Source: Fibrobacter succinogenes subsp. succinogenes S85 (GTDB taxonomy: Bacteria > Fibrobacterota > Fibrobacteria > Fibrobacterales > Fibrobacteraceae). Taken from it: a DNA stretch of 32,000 nucleotides. A program made the translations under genes and the position numbers. Where the stretch lies: assembly GCF_000146505.1 (NCBI RefSeq), contig NC_017448.1:870001-902000 (forward strand), in the 5' to 3' direction. Numbering within the stretch: position 1 is the stretch's first letter; every line of letters begins with the position of its first letter. The notes beneath the pieces were generated by a model, which did no database searches, was not told where the DNA came from, and saw only the letters and a program-made list of their open reading frames with translations. Positions 29,978 through 32,000 of this stretch are shown one piece after another.

Positions 29978-32000
29978 ATGCAAGAGAGTCTATTTACAAA
30001 CTCACCTTATGTTATTGCGCTAACCGTTGTTGCATTAATCATCGTATGCTATTTTCCCATCATGCTTGGACAAAAGACGTCAGTCAAGCAGCTCCCCAGA
30101 TCCATACACCAGCTGGTGATTATCAGCATATTCTGGCAAGCGAGCAACTTGATTGGCGACATCTTTTTTAGCGGTGACAATTTTATTGCAGGCACAAAAG
30201 CCTATACGGCAAGGCAGCTCATATTCTGCACATCTGCCCTTGGTTGGATCCAGCTTGGAAACGCGATACAGCACACCGCCGAAATCAGCCTCAAGATAAA
30301 GAGGAAGAACGGCTGGAAGCTCATGAATATATTCGGAGCGCTGGCAATTCTGCTTTCGACTTATGCATTCATCAAGGATCCAAGTTACATTCCCGACATG
30401 AATTTCTTTGGATACAGACCTTTTGCCGAAAGGCCTGTATTCCACTTTTATACATTGCTGTTCTGCCTTTTTGTAGTCCCCAATATCATCGTGACGGGCT
30501 ACATCATGCTCCGCAATATCGTGCATTCTAGCGATACGACACTCCCCCACCAGGTAAGCATATACATGTTGACCTCGTTCGTGTTTTTTGTAACGCTAGC
30601 AGCGCTTTTTGACTTTATCATCCCCATTTCAACAAAGTTCAACAATTACGACCAGTTCCTCAAATGGTCGCAGTTCATCTCCGTATTCCTCGCCGTTCTT
30701 TCCGGACAATACTTCACGTCCGTTTCATTCAAGAACAAGAGTGCTTCCTGGTTCTTGGACAAGCTAAAGGACAGGATGGTCGACGGAATCATCTATTACA
30801 ACTACAAAGGTGAAATCCAGCTGGCAAACCCGGCTGCACTAAGCATTTTGCACACCACCCAAGAGGCGCTCCACAACAAGAAAATCACGTCCATATTTCC
30901 GCAGATTCAAGACCCGGCACGCGAATCAACTTACAACAAAATAAGAATCAAGATTGACAACGAAGACCATATTTTCAACGTCTCGATTTTTGAAATTCGC
31001 CAGTCGTTGACAACAAACTACAATGCGGCATTCTTTAGCGATGTTTCAAACACGCTTCATTACCAGCAGATTATCAAAAACCGCGATGAACAGTTCAAGG
31101 AATACCAGCTTGACCAGATCCGTTATCAGGAACGTCTGAACATTTGGAAAAAGAAGGTCGACGAAAGCAAGTACTTCCTGGACACGCTAATCAGTACGCT
31201 CCCCTTCCGTTTCTGGTCCAAGAACGAACAGGGCGTATTCATGACGCAGAACCAGAACGACATCAAGAACCGCGGAAACCTGCTACAGACATCCGAACCG
31301 GACAACAAGATTTTGCCACAGGAACTTCTAGCTCGTAACGAAGGCGAACCGCAGAGTTTCATTTCTTACGAACGAATTAAAAAGACGCTCAACGAAAATA
31401 ACGAAGAAGAAGAAGATATCGAAATTTTGAAACAGGACGACTACAACATGGCCGTCCGCAAAGGGGTTGCCAAGGATATCATGATTTTCAACAACATGTT
31501 CATCCCCATCATGGCCCCGCGCAAGCCGTACAAAATAATCGGTATCAAAATTGACATTACCAAGGAAATGCGTCTTGAGAAAGAACGCGACATGCTGCAA
31601 GAACAGAAGCACATCCACTCGAGGCTCGAAGAACTTGGCACCATCTGCGGTGGCTTCGCCCACGACTACAACAACATTCTCGGTTCACAAATCGGGTTCT
31701 GCGATCTCGCCCTTGAAGTGCTCGACAAGGATAACCAAGCTTACATGTTCATCCAGGAAGCACGCAAGGCGGCCACACGCGGCAAGGAATCGCTCGAGGA
31801 ACTCCTGAACACCATCCGCGGAAAGACTTCCGAGAAGGACAAGCTCACGGAATTTGCACCGTACATGATTATTGACGACGTGGTGAAGAAGCTCTGGATT
31901 ACGCTCCCGCCGAACGTGAAAGTCAAGGCCGAAAAACTAGACAAGAACATCCGCATCGTCGGAAACGTCTCGGCACTTGACCGCATTATCAGCAACCTCG
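29978..32000 (+). CDS. Sensor histidine kinase (7TM N-terminal domain, two PAS-like domains, HisKA), 3'-truncated by the window end
   Basis: This ORF is absent from the supplied track because it has no stop in the window. I translated it by hand from the ATG at 29978 and found it open to 32000. It has seven hydrophobic segments in the first ~245 aa, PAS-like segments (DGIIYYNYKGEIQLANPAALSIL; LISTLPFRFWSKNEQGVFMTQN), the H-box LGTICGGFAHDYNNILGSQIGFCDLAL, and the approach to the N-box (LDRIISNL) at the edge. Confidence 0.85.
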   Translation, partial: MQESLFTNSPYVIALTVVALIIVCYFPIMLGQKTSVKQLPRSIHQLVIISIFWQASNLIGDIFFSGDNFIAGTKAYTARQLIFCTSALGWIQLGNAIQHTAEISLKIKRKNGWKLMNIFGALAILLSTYAFIKDPSYIPDMNFFGYRPFAERPVFHFYTLLFCLFVVPNIIVTGYIMLRNIVHSSDTTLPHQVSIYMLTSFVFFVTLAALFDFIIPISTKFNNYDQFLKWSQFISVFLAVLSGQYFTSVSFKNKSASWFLDKLKDRMVDGIIYYNYKGEIQLANPAALSILHTTQEALHNKKITSIFPQIQDPARESTYNKIRIKIDNEDHIFNVSIFEIRQSLTTNYNAAFFSDVSNTLHYQQIIKNRDEQFKEYQLDQIRYQERLNIWKKKVDESKYFLDTLISTLPFRFWSKNEQGVFMTQNQNDIKNRGNLLQTSEPDNKILPQELLARNEGEPQSFISYERIKKTLNENNEEEEDIEILKQDDYNMAVRKGVAKDIMIFNNMFIPIMAPRKPYKIIGIKIDITKEMRLEKERDMLQEQKHIHSRLEELGTICGGFAHDYNNILGSQIGFCDLALEVLDKDNQAYMFIQEARKAATRGKESLEELLNTIRGKTSEKDKLTEFAPYMIIDDVVKKLWITLPPNVKVKAEKLDKNIRIVGNVSALDRIISNL

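Noticed and set aside
29951-29980. The kinase ORF is in the same reading frame as giant GH9-2, separated by a single TAA and 8 sense codons. I considered stop-codon read-through or a fusion.
   Set aside because: Sharing a frame has a 1-in-3 chance. The kinase has its own ATG followed at once by a TM helix, GH9-2 ends with the conserved terminal basic tail seen at true C-termini of two other proteins, and TAA is a strong stop.
30080-30550. 156-aa minus-strand ORF, plus other small ORFs listed between 30080 and 31995.
   Set aside because: They lie inside the long open + strand histidine kinase frame, which has clear TM, PAS and H-box features. The ORF track omits that frame only because it has no stop in the window.
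1-32000. Search by eye for tRNA, rRNA, transposase, integrase, phage, toxin-antitoxin, restriction-modification or other defence-system signatures.
   Set aside because: None was found. All intergenic regions are under 330 nt and are explained by promoters, terminators and short repeats, and all large ORFs have metabolic, housekeeping or surface-protein character. Small ncRNAs cannot be excluded without covariance-model searches.

Overview
I read this 32-kb window as chromosomal DNA from a Fibrobacter-type genome (Fibrobacterota, F. succinogenes-like). The grounds are a fibro-slime domain protein, GH9 enzymes with basic C-terminal tails, and mid-range GC. Housekeeping genes are interleaved with secreted fibre-degradation and adhesion genes. 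The housekeeping set is pgk, folB, a comM/yifB-type Mg-chelatase-like ATPase, spoVG, an RluE/RsuA-type pseudouridine synthase, an acyl-ACP thioesterase and a class I fumarate hydratase. The secreted set is an 897-aa fibro-slime protein, a fungal-type GH54 alpha-L-arabinofuranosidase fused to CBM6 and a T9SS-like C-terminal domain, and two tandem paralogous giant GH9 proteins (2129 and 1951 aa). The two giants dominate the right half and share one multi-module architecture. Only 24 nt downstream of them starts a 7TM-PAS-PAS histidine kinase that runs off the window end. I saw no rRNA, tRNA, CRISPR array, transposase or integrase. Four leads stand out. (1) The giant GH9 pair plus kinase is a candidate cell-surface cellulose-processing locus, with over 1100 aa per protein unassigned. 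(2) Three otherwise unrelated surface proteins share a 110-127-aa C-terminal module (IYDNLG..VN ... GTGAY ... TxG[FIY][KR]R..K-end), distinct from the T9SS-like tail on GH54. (3) Small DNA-level repeat families sit at convergent gene ends. (4) pgk and the fumarate hydratase gene share an upstream promoter/leader motif. All family calls come from reading motifs by eye, and no database search was possible.
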